A stretch of DNA of 63,685 bases, counting the filler, from Chiloscyllium plagiosum (Eukaryota), in the NCBI RefSeq assembly GCF_004010195.1. It is 4 parts of one record of this genome, joined end to end, with 100 filler letters (N's around TTAATTAATTAA, not from the genome) between each part and the next. Parts side by side here need not be neighbours in the genome. Positions count along the whole stretch, not along the records: positions 24,349 to 44,178 come from NC_057712.1; positions 44,279 to 58,901 come from NC_057712.1; 2 more parts are not named here. One strand, 5' to 3'. Positions 37,421 to 50,448 of the stretch are shown here, in pieces. Position 1 is the first letter of the stretch, and each line of letters starts with the position of its first letter. A program made the position numbers and the translations under genes. The notes under the pieces were generated by a model. The model ran no database searches, was not told the DNA's origin, and worked only from the letters and a program-made list of their open reading frames with translations.

Positions 37421-38531
37421 AAGGTGTGGGAACCAATTGTGCTCTCTGGTCCACAAGTTTTACTGGAAAGGCAGTTAAATGTCCCTGTCCTGCCTCTATT
37501 TAACTGCTGGCTTCGCAAAGCCTGAGAAACTCTGACACTAGCATTTAACCTGAAACAAAGTAAATTATTTTGCAGCCTAATATATAAATAAGGAGCCCAC
37601 TTCAGCAAGTTAGTTAACTGGCCCCCAAAATGCCTCCATAACAACTGGAAGTTGGATTCGGGATAGGTTGAAACTTCCATTTTTAAAGATAAATTCTTTG
37701 CTCTTCTGACTCTGAGGAGATACAATTACCTTTTTGTAATATGGAGAGCAGAACTGTTCACAATGCCATGAGTGGCCCAACTGGGGTTCTCCCTTAAAAA
37801 TAGCATTACCTCCCTGTTTTTGTATTTGCTTCTTCTAGAAATGGAGTCTTGCTTGATTCCTGTAGGAAAAAGTATTTTGTGTTTATTGTCACTTACCTTA
37901 CACTGTCGCCTTGAGCTCTCAAAGTGGTTGAGAAGTCCAGGTAAAAGGTGAAGGTGAATAAAAAAGCTGCCAACTTCTCGGAATTGGAAAATATGGGTTG
38001 TATCACAATAGTGCACATCAAACATCTGCAAGGAGTGTAATTAATGTATAAAACATGGGGTGAACCATACAGGGAGGCTGAGTTTACCTTGCTTTTTCAA
38101 AGTTGTTTTCCTTTGGTGTTGACATTTTTCCAGCGTTTTGCTGAGTTGCTGCTAAAATAACAGCAGGTTAGTGCTTTCATCAGTTTTTATTTATTTTTGT
38201 TAGGTTGAACACATGTTACCTCTTTGTGAACTCAGGTGGACAAACATATGTCATAAAGCCAGTTTAGATCCAGCAAGGTTTTTGTTGGCTCTTAGAAGGC
38301 TAGATTGGCAAAAGAAAACCCATGACAATCAGTACAATTTGGTCCCCACAGCAAAATTTATCTGCAGCTCAGAGTCCTAGACAATATTGATCTCTTTGAA
38401 TGTTTTTTTATTTCTTTGAGAGAAACATGGAAGGAACATTTCTTGTGCTCATCACAACAGTAATTTGAGACTTGGCTGTTAGTAAGAAAGTACAGTTTAA
38501 AAAGATATATTTGTGTATCTTGTGCTTAACA

Positions 38532-38635
38532 AGATAGATATAGATATAGATATAGATATAGATATAGATATAGAATCCCTACAGTGTGGAAACAGGCCCT
38601 TCGGCCCAACAAGTCCACACCAACTCTTCGAAAAG
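38532..38635 (-). repeat. (ATATAG)n microsatellite grown from an HE1/CR1 3' tail
   Basis: gatatagatatag array at 38532-38573 adjoining tacagtgtggaaacaggcccttcggcccaac. Confidence 0.9.
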
Positions 38636-39039
38636 TAGTTGGAGAATGGAATTCATGTGCTACTTTCAAGAAATAGTTTCAGTACCTTCTGTATCTGTTC
38701 AACACGCTGTAGATTCAAAGTGAAGCTTCCCTCATTTTGTTCCAACAACATGTTTTAATCACTTACACAAAAGAATATCTTTACCAGGCCACCATTCCAC
38801 TTCTACTTCTCGTGTCAATTATGGTATTTTCCCTCATCTCATGCTAATTAGCATTCTGATGTTAATTTTAATAGAATGCCCAAAATGGAACAAGTGCTTT
38901 TTATGTTTCTTGTAGAAATCGATTGGAGTCAAAATCCCACAATGAGAAATAAATTGATGCATTTGTTTTAAAATATAAAACAAGCACCTAATCATAAAAC
39001 ATGCTGAAACCTTGCAAGTGTGCTGTTCACTATAACGCT

Positions 39040-39926
39040 AAAGGCTCAGCACCGACATGCGGTTCTCATGCCTGAAACAGGTATCAAGTTCTTTGCATAT
39101 GCATTTATCAGGTATAATCACTTTTGACCACAAGTCCATCAGAAAATGGTCAGCACATAGTAACCTCAAGACTCTGCAGCAAAAGGAGATGGTGGATCCT
39201 GTTAGGTGGTTCCCTGAGCAGACTGTCAAAATTGTTCAACGGAATGCCTCTTTGCCAAAATGTAGCTTGGTTGGTGGTGAGAAGGGCCCTGCCCGTCAGA
39301 TCCTCCATGCCTGCCCAATCTCTGTACACCACTGTACACTGTCCTCGAAGCAGCTGCATTAGCTGCTTCCAGAATGTGCCTTTGTCTGGGGTGCAATGCA
39401 GTGATTTTTGTCAAGGTTCATTCCAAGCAGCTCCGTGACCCAGGACTCTATGTTGTAAGGGCTGTTCCCCAGGGGACACACTGGGACAAACACTTGACTG
39501 CACCCGGAGGACTATCAACTCGGTGAAATACTCTTTTTAGTCTGTAAGAAGCTTGTTGGTCTTCCAGTGTAAAGAGTTGACCTCGACTGAATGTTGCAGA
39601 CTGACACAGTTGCAGGACTATATGCTGAGGGATGCACCAAATCTTGGGGTAGCTGCTGCCAAAGTATAGTGGAGAAAGATCACCGCCAAAGGTCTATCAG
39701 CCAAAGTATAACAAGAGTCTGTTCAATTCTCAGACGCTCTCATTGCCTAAATGTATGTAAACACTGTTACATCAGTAAGAAATGCCTTTGGTTTTTGCAA
39801 ATGTTGGGAATGTGAAATTCCAATGTTTGTTTTTCTTGATACATAAGGACTGTACCGAATTGTATTAGTACCTACGAATGTAAATAAAAATCTTTATGAA
39901 TAAAATATATTTTTGCAATAAAAAAA
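39040..39926 (+). mobile_element. Tx1/L1-clade LINE ORF2 C-terminus, 3' UTR and poly(A)
   Basis: KSIRKWSA..VDPVRWFPEQTVKIV, AWLVVRRALPVRS, HCPRSSC (CCHC region). AATAAA and an A-run at ~39899-39926. Confidence 0.8.
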
Positions 39927-40175
39927 TGGCTGTTTCAGGACCCTTTCCAGTACCCTGAGCAAAGGAAACTTCAGGCTCATTGTATTCAAGATAGACAAGT
40001 CTTTCTCTGACCTAGATTGTGATCCTTAGAGAAATCATCGGGAAACCACCACCAAAAGGAGAGCCTTTAAACAAAAAACATACATGCTCTTAATGTGGAG
40101 TACAGTCTTGCAGCGATCCACAAATTAAGTTAGATGTCCAATATTGAATGGTAGCCTGTTCTTGTCAGTTCCTGA

Positions 40176-40377
40176 AAACAAAAAGTGCTGAAAATCACAG
40201 CGGGTCAGGCAGCATCCATGAAGCGACAACAAGGTAATGTTTCAAGTCTACATGACACTGTATCTTAGTCCTGTTAGTTCTGATGAAGAGTCATCTAGAT
40301 TCAAAATGTTAGCTTGCTCTCTCTCCATGGATGCTGTCTGACCCACTGTGATCTCCAGCATTTGTTGTTTTTAGTTG
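40176..40377. mobile_element. Palindromic PLE-tail element with hammerhead motif (40280-40310)
   Basis: Arms atcacagcgggtcaggcagcatccatg / catggatgctgtctgacccactgtgat. CTGATGA-agagtc atcta gattc-AAAATGTT. Confidence 0.85.
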
Positions 40378-42229
40378 CTTAGCCCTGTTAGTTTCTGACT
40401 GTAGTTCACAGTTTAGAGCAGCAGTATCTCTTCAAAATTGAAATATATTTAATCTGTGCCAACCCCAGTGGTGAAGCTGGTAAAAGCATGAGTGTTGTAG
40501 CACTGAGCAATATAGAATACAAGCTCTCAAATCCCCATCCTTACATAGCTGGATTAAAACACTTGTGAGATGAAGGTAGTGACACCCACATATGCTAGTG
40601 TGTAGCCTTTTCCTCTTGTGAGTAACTTATTCACATATATTTATACAGAATTTCTAACTGTTTGCAAATGAATGAATTGTATTTTGGTTTCTAATGCCAA
40701 CTCATTGACTAATGCCAATTATTTTTGCTTAAAATTTGACTGACTGGATGCTTTTTTTATCCTCTTGCTGTTACCAGCCAGTGAGGTAATCCTGAAGATA
40801 GCTTTGTCCCTCCTCTGTGATTTGACAGTGGGCCTATCAACATAACTGGCCCCTACCTTGCTTCATCTCCTCAGAGCATATCTTTAAAAAGGAACATCTG
40901 CTGTGGTTCTCAAAATGAACAATGTCATGTTAAACATTCATTCCATGATGTCTGTGGCCTGTGGCTGTAACTTTCTCTGTAAACTCATGTTTTCAATATA
41001 ACTTAAATGCAACAGACTTTCTATAAGGACAAAAAATAAGAAACCCTAAACAATCCTGGGTATCATCCACAGTCTGTAATGAGTTGATAACAATGAAAGC
41101 AGATGTGGTAAATGTACCACTATTGTTCTCAATATCTTGTGACAATTAAGAAACAATCAGCTTGAGTTATTTATGATTATTAGCTGAAGGTAGAAATTAT
41201 GCTTGTGTGAATGTTGGATCATAGCACAGTCAGGCTGTGCCCTTATGACTGAACAGGAATTTGTCAACATTAGTTTTCCAGCTTTGCACATGAAGAATAA
41301 CATTAATTACTCCAAGGTTTCAGACAGTAGATATTTATTGTGGAACTATACTTTGGCATAAGTTGACGATTCAGTGAATGAAAGGAAATTTTTCAGAATA
41401 ATGTGATGCCTTAATTTCCACCTCATAGTCCTCACTGCATTTATAAAACTGGTCCTGTCTCAAAAACCAAACCACCTCTCCCAGAAGGGCCTGGGAGATC
41501 CAGTGGGCCATGACCCAGGGCTCTTGAGCCTTAAGACTGGATTTAAATTTGGCATTTTCATGTTCCTTTAAAGATTCTGCCCACCAACAATTAATTGTAT
41601 TGCAGAGTCATGGTTGAAATGATAGCAGATCGCCAAGCACCAACTTTGCTATGTCTGCATTCTGTTTGGAGGGAGCAGATACAAGACTCGTGCATTACTC
41701 CAATGAACAGACAGGGGGGCAGGAATATCATGTGTGCATGAGCGGATGACCTGTGAGAAAGTGCTGGTTTAACTGTAAAGGTTGTTGTCTTATTCCAAGT
41801 GGAATGGAGCAAGTATAAAATTGGGAAATAGGTATTTCAACTCTTCTGGAGGAAATCGTATGAGAGGTGGTCTTATGATAAATTATGATTAGTAATGGAT
41901 GCAAAGCACTGAGACATTCAGTAAACGATCAATAAGAGAGGCCATGTTAAAACTATATTTGGCCTTGGTTAAACAACTGGAGCTTTCAGTCTTAGTTGCC
42001 TTGTTTGGGGGAGGCTGTGGCAGTATCACTAAGACGTAATCAAGAAGCCTAAGCTCAAGTCCTGGGCCTTAGGTTCAAAGCCCACCATAGCAAATGGTGA
42101 AATCAGAATTAATTTTTAAAAATCTACTGAGTAGATGGTTTTATTAGAATTAGGAAGAATACTGATATTTTGTGCTGATTAATCATCCAACATCAACTGA
42201 TTAAGATTCAATAACAAAAGGATAAAAAT

Positions 42230-43883
42230 CAATCAAGGATTAAGACTCCAGATCAGAAAAGGGCTAATTTTAGGAGTCGAGAAGTTGAACTGGAGCAGGT
42301 TATTTGGAAATTCACTTGGTAGATTAAATAGCGGATGAAAATGGGAGAATTTCATAAGAGTGATGAATAGGGTACAAGCTAAGTACATACCCATGAGAAA
42401 TAAATACTGGGTATCCACGGTTAGAGTATCCTGGATAACTAAGGATATTGATGAGAAAATAAGGAAGAAGCAGAAGCAATAAGGCTTACTGCAATAAGAA
42501 TAGCAATGGAAATCAGAAAGAGTATCTCAAATGCAGGAGAGAGGCTAAGGTTAAAATAGGGAATTCTAAGGGGAAGCGTAAGGGAATGATGGCAGGTTGT
42601 GCTAAAACAAATAATAGAATATTTGTAGAACATATTAATAGCAAAAGATTAGTAAGGGGTAGTGTGGGGCCCATAAAGAACAAGCAGGGTAAGCTGCTAA
42701 CTGAAGTGACACTAAAGGAGTAATTTGATTCTGTCTTTTATCAAAATAGAAAATGGTGACAATGGGCCAGTTGAAAGTGTGGGTACTGGCCAACTGACCA
42801 GCATAGTGGTAGATAAAGAAGAAGTGCTAAAAGGCTGTCAGCTCTCCAGGTAGAGAAGTCACCGGGCATGGATAGGATGCATTCTTGATTGCTGAGGTAA
42901 GGCAGCAAATCGTTGAACTGTTGACTGAAATTTTCCATGCCTCTCTGAGCATATGATTAGTCGCAGAGGACTGAAGGATTACAAATGTGAAATTGTTTTT
43001 TACGAAAGGGACAAAGGATAATCACTCAGGAAACACAGATCTCAAGAATAGGAAAACTGATGGAAACCATAATATGGGATAAGGTAAACATACACTTAGA
43101 GAAAAATGTTAATATTAGACAGTCAACATGGCTTTGTCAAGGGCAGGGCATGTTTGACATATTTCATTGAGTTCGTTGATGAGGTGACACAGGTAATGGA
43201 TGCGTGTAGCGCTGTGGATGTTGTACATTTGGACTTTCAGGAAGCATTTGGTACAGTGTCACATGGCAGGTTGGTTAGCAAAGTAGAAATGTTCAAGATT
43301 GATGGGTCCTTGGCAGCGTGGATTCGAAGCTGGCCAAAACATAAGAAACCGAGGGTAGTTAGAGATGGGCATTTCTCAGACTGGAAACAACTTGAAAGTG
43401 GTGTTTCACAGGGATCAGTGTTAGGACCCTTGCTTTTTCTAATTTATATAAATGATTTGGAGGTGGATGTTGAGGGCAAAATTTACCAAGATGGGAAGAA
43501 TAGCGAATTGTGAGGATGATGCTGAGCAACTCCAGAGGGACATTGACAAGTTGGTCAAATGGTAGACACTTGACAGATGTATTTCAATGCAGAGAATTGT
43601 GGGGTAATGTATTTTATAGAAGAAACACAGAGAGACAGTACAGACTCTATGATACAATTTTGAGGGGAGTACAGGAGCACAGGAACTTTGGGGTTCACTT
43701 TCATGATTATCTGAGGGTGGCCAGGCATGTTGAAACAGTTGTTAAGAAGGCCTCTAGGATCCTTGGGTTTATAAATAGAAGCATAGAGTGTAAAAGCAAG
43801 AAAGTGATGCTACTGCTCTACAAATCATTGGTCATTCCACATATGGAATATTGTATTCATATCTGGGCACCTTATTTAAGAAA
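42230..43883 (+). mobile_element. Old CR1 ORF2 (RT) remnant
   Basis: ORFs 43106-43513 (SQHGFVKGRACLT, HLDFQEAF, SGVSQGSVLGP) and 43510-43896. Confidence 0.9.
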
Positions 43884-44178
43884 GGGTTTAAACTAATTTG
43901 GCAGGGGGATGGGATCCGGACTTGTAGTCCAGCAAGTAGGCTAGCTGTTTGTCAGGATGTCCAAGAATGTAGGGAGGCTGTGGAGAAGGTAGCACTGACA
44001 GGGAATACTTGCGGACGCAGAGATGGGCTCAAGTGCGTATACTTCAAGCAAGGAGTATCAGAAATAAGGTGGGTGAACTTAAGGCGTGGATCGGTACCTG
44101 GGATTACGATGTTGTGGCCATCACGGAAACGTGGATAGAAGAGGGACAGGAATGGTTGTGGGAGGTTCCTGGTTACAG
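43884..44178 (+). mobile_element. Young CR1 subfamily, ORF1/ORF2 junction, cut by a gap
   Basis: LKCVYF..ARSIRNKVGELKAWIGTWDYDVVAITETW; nearly identical to 63310-63440; CpG retained. Confidence 0.9.
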
Positions 44179-44278
44179 NNNNNNNNNNNNNNNNNNNNNN
44201 NNNNNNNNNNNNNNNNNNNNNNTTAATTAATTAANNNNNNNNNNNNNNNNNNNNNNNNNNNNNNNNNNNNNNNNNNNN

Positions 44279-44845
44279 CCTGTTTTGTGCTGTATTGTTC
44301 TATGTTCTATGTTCTAAAACTCTGGTGCGGCCGCACTTTGGAGTATTGCGTGCAGTTCTGGTCACCGCATTACAGGAAGGATGTGGAAGCTTTGGAGAGG
44401 GTGCAGAGAAGATTTACCAGGATGTTGCCTGGAATGGAGAGGAAGTCGTACGAGGATAGGTTGAGAGTTCTCGGCCTTTTCTCGTTGGAACGGCGAAGGA
44501 TGAGGGGTGACTTGATGGAGGTTTATAAGATGATCAGAGGAATAGATAGAGTATACAGTCAGAAACTTTTTCCCCGGGTACAACAGAGTGTTACAAGGGG
44601 ACATAAATTTAAGGTGAAGGGTGGAAGGTATAGAGGAGATGTCAGGGGTGGGTTCTTTACCCAGAGAGTGGTGGGGGCATGGAATGCGCTGCCCGTGGGA
44701 GTGGTAGAGTCGGAATCATTGGCGACCTTTAAGCGGCATTTGGATAGGTACATGGATGGGTACTTAATCTAGGTTAGAAGTTCGGCACAACATCGTGGGC
44801 CGAAGGGCCTGTTCTGTGCTGTATTTTTCTATGTTCTATGTTCTA
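44279..44845 (+). mobile_element. Tandem young CR1 3' ends (tail 44279-44317, then a truncated copy 44318-44845)
   Basis: (ttctatg)n tail directly followed by aaactctggtgcggccgcactttggag. Open frame [15 protein letters not shown]...LDRYMDG. Second (ttctatg)n tail. Confidence 0.92.
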
Positions 44846-45424
44846 AGTGTGTGTGTGTTAGAAGGTTATGTACTCAGCCAGGCAAAGTGATGTGTGAAGA
44901 GCTTAAGAAGCTGCCAGTTCCTGAGTTGAGCTGAGCAAAAGTGTGCATCAGGATGTCAGCACAGTTCTAGAAGTTTAAAAGCAAGAATTAAAGCATAAAA
45001 AATCCCTGCCCCTAACACCCACACTCACCACATGCCCCATCCAAACTGCCTGCAACCCTTCTCTTTCAAGAGGATAAGAATCCCATCTGAAGTTGGCTTG
45101 CTTCAGAATAAAAGATATTGAAGCCTTACCTAGAAGAAAGTTTTAGGCCCTTTTTATTTGTCTGTAGTTGAGAATATTATGAAAAATGTATAAATCTTTG
45201 TTCATTTAGCGTGCTCCTTCAGCGTACAAAGCCTTGGTCTATGGAGGTCTCATAACAAGTTCTTCACTACAAAATCTTCAGGGCCTTTGCTTTGGAGCAT
45301 CTGTCTGATAAGACAAAATGAGATACATGATGAGGAATGCTCCTATTGTTTCGTTCAGAACTCATGCTGCGATTGCAGCTACATCAGATCAACTGCATAA
45401 AGGTACAATCACCATAGGCCTACT

Positions 45425-45868
45425 CTCTCGTTCGACTGGTGATGGTTTAAGAGAAGACTGGTGGTGGTTTAACCAGAAGGTCACCATGCCTCAGGTGAGG
45501 GAAGAGGCTGAGAAGGAGAGTCTGTCATGCTAACCTCAGCTGGTGCAGAAATTGAACCTATGCTCTTGGTATTATTCTGTATTGTGACTGAGAGAAAGTG
45601 AGGACTGCAATTGCTGGAGAGTCAGAGTCAAAAAGTGTGACGCTGGAAAAGCACAGCAGGTCAGGCAGCATTCGAGGAGCAGGAAAGTCGATGTTTTGGG
45701 CATTAGCCCTTCATCAGGAATGAAGGGCCATTCCTGATGAAGGGCTAGTACCCAAAACGTCGTCTCTCCTGCTCCTCAGATGCTACCTGATCTGCTGAGC
45801 TTTTCAGTGCCATACTTTTCAACTTATTCTGTATTGCAAACATGCTGTCCAGCCAACTGAGCTAACCA
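45425..45868 (-). mobile_element. tRNA-derived SINE (family C) with a nested PLE palindrome
   Basis: Minus head ggttagctcagttggctggacagc (A box) and ggttcaatt (B box). Confidence 0.75.
45585..45823. mobile_element. Palindromic PLE-tail element with two head-to-head hammerhead motifs
   Basis: TSD ttattctgtattg at 45572-45584 and 45824-45836. Plus strand CTGATGA-aGGGctagtaCCC-AAAACGTC (45734-45761). Minus strand CTGATGA-aGGGC taat GCCC-AAAACATC (~45690-45717). Confidence 0.92.
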
Positions 45869-47094
45869 ACCCCCATAACCAGATTAGCTATTGATCTGTT
45901 GCTAGTAAGCTAGAAAATATTGTAGAACCCTTTTGTGGTGCACCTGAAGATATAGGATTCTGTCCCTTTATGATGATTCCTCTGCTTAGTGAAGAGAACA
46001 ATATAAATTAATATTTGTAATTTTTATAAATCTTGTAAATAATTACAAATGGCAATGCAATGTGAATTCTCTAGGCACTTCTGCAAACATGTATAAGCAA
46101 AGTTCTACCAAATCTCCATGAAAGTTATGGAACTAGAGAGGCAAAGTTTAAACTTGTAAATGCAAAAGCAAAATCAAGCTGGAAAACTTCAGCAAAATAA
46201 ATTGTATTAAATATATTCCTTAAAAGAGGGAAAGTCTTGAAGGTCTTTATTACACGGTAAAAGATCCAGCAAAGTATATTGCTTGTAATGGAATAATGCA
46301 AGAAAGTAACAAAAGGTAACAAACTTGCAATGCTGTTTTGATCGTTTAATATAATTTATTAAATATGCAGATTACAAATTCCTTTGTCAACTGAGATTCT
46401 TGTCACTTGAAACTAGTATTGTAACATTGATAGTATCCTTTCAGAGGAAAGTGACTGTATATATTGATGCTGATTTGCGTGAACCATTGTAACAAGTATG
46501 GATGTTGCAGTGGCAACTGGCATTGCTAGTTGTATTGCTGATCTTATTAAAAACAACGCTGTAAATGCAGAGCATACTTGAAAGAAAGCAGAGGCCAGAA
46601 ACACAGGTAGTTTGCCAAGAGGTATCAAAATAATATGAGTACACTATATAGTCAGGTTGTTTACTATAGTGCTCTGACGTGGACCAAATGAGTCATAAAA
46701 CCAATTTTGTCTCAAAAGAATTTTTCATTGGGTCTAGGAGCTAAACAGAGGATTGTTGAATTGGCCCCAAGTCAGTAAAATATGATCTGTGGATCTGAAA
46801 TCCTTTACTGTACAGAGTGGAAGCACTCAGCAGACACATGCTTTCTTCCTGACATTTATTTTCCTTAAGAATAAAACAGACTTTAGCAGGACGTCTATAA
46901 CTGATAGCCACACATGATTCACACTATGAGACATCAGTCAGGCTGCCTACTCATTGGAAAATATTTGGTAAGATTGTAGGCTGACTGGCTTCTGAGCAGA
47001 AATTATATTAGACCTAAGTGATAAAGCTGATTGGCATTAAAATAGTTCTATAATGAATCCTGAAAACAAATCACCTCTTGCTAGTCTCTATTCT

Positions 47095-47300
47095 AAAATC
47101 AAAAATGCTGGAAATACTCAGCAGATCGGACAGAATCTGTGCAGAGTAACAAGTCATCAATCAGAAAAATTAACTTTTGTTTCTCTTCTCACAGAATCAA
47201 AAGTTATTGTTTCTAGTTGATGACATGTTACTTTGTATAGATACTGCCTGTCCTGCTGAGTAATTTTTGTGTATTATGTTTTTGTTTCAGGTTTGCTGTT
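47095..47300. mobile_element. Older palindromic PLE-tail element
   Basis: tactcagcagatcggacagaatct / agatactgcctgtcctgctgagta arms. Confidence 0.6.
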
Positions 47301-47792
47301 TCCAAAATGTTTGCTTTCATCCTACCTCGTGATTTTTGTCAGTTGACCAGCAGCACACCATGTACAACATATTGTGAAAGAACATCAGCTGAAGTCAGTT
47401 TACTTTAATCACCACAGATAGATAAATACATTTTCTAAGTTTCATATTTTATTTTCTTTTTTTAGGCCAAGTTTCCTTAACATATATCTTAGATAATTTG
47501 TGTACTTCCTGTGCTATTATCTTTTAGTCAACATTTTAGCAACATTACACTCTGGGGATGAAATGTACCTTTGAAAGAGGCAAAACGTGCAGAATTGGAT
47601 TAGCTGTCTATTATAACCCCCATTTAATTTTCCTGTCCATTTTGTGCTCTCATCAAAATTGAATTTCACATTCTTATATACTAATTTGGCTGTCATATCT
47701 GTTAAACCTTAACAAGAAGGGCAAATTATTTATATAAACCTTTTGTAACAAGGTTCCCATGTGTTTTTAACAAATAAAATTCTTCAATCAGT

Positions 47793-48403
47793 AGCAAGTT
47801 TTGAGAAGATTTGTGGATCAGATTGAGGTTCTGGATATAGGTTTGCTTGCTGAGCGGAAGGTTCATTTTCAGACGTTTCGTCGCCATACTAGGTCAGGTT
47901 TCAGTGAGCCTCCGGACGAAGCACTGCTGGTGTTTCCTGCTTTCTATTTATATGCTTGAGTTTCATTGGGTGCTGATGCTATTTCCCGTGGTGACGTCAT
48001 TTCTTGTGGCGATGTCATTTCCGGTTCTTTTTTCAGGGAGTGGTAAATGGGATTCAAGTCAATGTGTTTGTTGCTAGAGTTCCAGTTAGAATTCTATGCT
48101 TCTAGTAATTCTCGTGCGTGTCTCTGTTTGGCTTGTCCTAGGATGGATGTGTTGTCGCAGTTGAAATGGTGTCCTTTCTTATCTGTATGTAAGGATACTA
48201 GTGAGAGAGGGTCATATTTTTTTGTGGCTAGTTGATGTTCATGCATCCTGGTGGGTAGTTATCCACCTGTTTGTCCAATGTCGTGTTTGTTACAGTTCTT
48301 GCATGGTATTTTGTAAATGCCATTTGTTTTGCTTGTTGTCTGTATAAGGTCTTTCAAGTTCATTAGCTGCTGTTTTAGTGTGTTGGTGGGTTTGTGGGCC
48401 ACC
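47793..48403 (-). mobile_element. Penelope-like element 3' part with GIY-YIG endonuclease
   Basis: Minus VAHKPTNTLKQQLMNLKD..NGIYKIPCKNCNKHDIGQTG; degenerate hammerhead ending GAAACGTC at ~47871-47904. Confidence 0.92.
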
Positions 48404-49192
48404 AGATCTTCAATCAACATAAGGAATCCTTTAAAATATGTCAAATTGCATGGAGTTAGAGTGACGTTCCACAATTTCAATTTGAGTGCCCTTCTCCAAC
48501 AGTCCTGTTTCTGAGTTTGGGATGCTGACTGTTATTTCGGCAGGAAAACCTGTTAACTATTTTCCAAATTAATCTATGTTGAAGTCATTGAAATATTGTA
48601 TCCTTTAGCAGTCCAAACTGGGTATCCAGTTTTTTTGGATGCCATATATGATGAAAGGAGGTGTTGAATTGCAAGAATGATTCATGTTTTGCAAGATTTT
48701 CTTATCAAACTTAGGTAGGTTGCTTTGGAGGTCAAAGAACAAATTTTGAAATTGGACATTTATCTGGCCATGGCAGGTAACTAAATATTATGTCTTCTAA
48801 GGGTCAATGACACTGATAGAATCTTACTGGTGATGGAGAGTCCTTGACTGAGAAAAAAGTCTGACAGGTGCTAGGAGATGGTCACCTGCCAGCAAACCAA
48901 GGAACCAGCTAGCCTTCCATTATTTATTTTTTCCTCCTTTCCAGAATGATTGCCTGACCATTTTGGGTCGGTGCAGCCCTGTGCCATCTTAATTGGACTG
49001 AATGTTACTTGATAATTGATGCAACTTCAAACTTTGGCAAATGACCCACAGAAAAATTGCATGAATTAACATTGAAGGCATAGCAAATGAGTATTAGAAT
49101 TTGATGTGGAAATTTCTTCCAGTCTTTTTGGTTGACACTTTATCTAATTTTGATTGTAAAAATCTGAATTCATGGTATCTGTTTATAATACT

Positions 49193-49533
49193 AGGGCAGC
49201 ACAGTGGCCCAGTGGTTAGCATTGCTGTCTCTCAGTGCCAGGAACCTGGGTTCGATTCTATCCTAAGGCGACTGTCTGCGTGGTGTTTGCACATCCTCCT
49301 GGGTCTGCATGGGTTTCCTTCAGGTGCTCCGGTTTCCTTCCACAGTCCAAAAATGTGCAGGTAAGGTGAATTGGCCATGACAAATTGCCCTAGGGATGTA
49401 TAGGTTAGGTGCATTAGTTAGGGTACATGTAGAGTAATAAGGTAGGGGAATGCGTCTGGGTGGGTTACTCTTTGGAGGGTCGGTGTGGACTTGTTGGGCC
49501 AAATGGCCTGTTTCTGCAGTGTAGAGACTCTAT
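49193..49533 (+). mobile_element. HE1-type V-SINE
   Basis: tRNA head gggcagcacagtggcccagtggttagc, B box gggttcgattc, V-domain and CR1-like tail. Confidence 0.92.
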
Positions 49534-50164
49534 ATTTCTTTGATATGAAGTATATAGCTGTTTTCTCAGTGCATTGTCATTAGAGTGAACATGATTTTTG
49601 AGTTATAAATATATAAAAAGAAGGCCCAAGGAGGCCATTAAGGCCAACATCATTCACACTATCTGTTTCATAACACACCTTGTCATGAATAAGGGAAATT
49701 CTCAGAAAAGGCAAAGGAAATAAAGTGAAATGTAGGGCAACCTTGAGGAAATGTCTTTCTGAAATCATAATTAGCTAAGCTCTGAGAGATAACAACTTTC
49801 CTCTTCCCTGAATATAACTCAGTTTCCTACTTATCAAGCAATACAGAACTGAAAAAAAAGTGGAGTTGAGATATCAGAGCTCCATAGATGTATATTCAAT
49901 ATAAAACATCCAGGTTTATTCATAGCCTTAAAAATAGCTGATGGAATAATATATTATTCTATAATAATGGATTAAGAGCTGATCCAAAAAGTTGAATGAC
50001 GAATTTTTAAACTTTCTGTTGGATTCACACCAATAGCCATCTTCCATGTGGATAATTACTGACATAATATGAGTGCACTTCCTATTTTTTTCACTGTACC
50101 TGCACGGAAAAAACTTGAAATGTAAAATGATTATGCTGTTTCTGGAGTTCTAAGGGCTCCTTCA

Positions 50165-50448
50165 CTATAATTATAGCAGATGAATGGTCAAAATCTACAG
50201 TAATGGTGACAATGATAACTATCATTGATTGTAATGAACACCTGTCTGGCTCACTTGTATCCTTTAGGAAAACAAATTTGCCATCCCGTCCTTGTTTGGC
50301 CTACATGTGACTTCAGAACTACAGAAATGTGATTGCTCTCTGAAATGGCTGAGCAAACAACTCAGATCGAGGGAAATTTGGGATAGCTAACAAATAGTCC
50401 TCTTGCTGGTGACACACACTTCTCCCATGAACGACTAAGAAAAAAAAT
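50165..50448 (+). mobile_element. SINE B body and tail
   Basis: ggcctacatgtgacttcagaactacagaaatgtgattg and a tail as at 1740-1922. Confidence 0.7.

Noticed and set aside
46440..46620. Hydrophobic signal-peptide-like reading MLQWQLALLVVLLILLKTTL
   Set aside because: Stops after 20 codons with no suitable donor before the stop.
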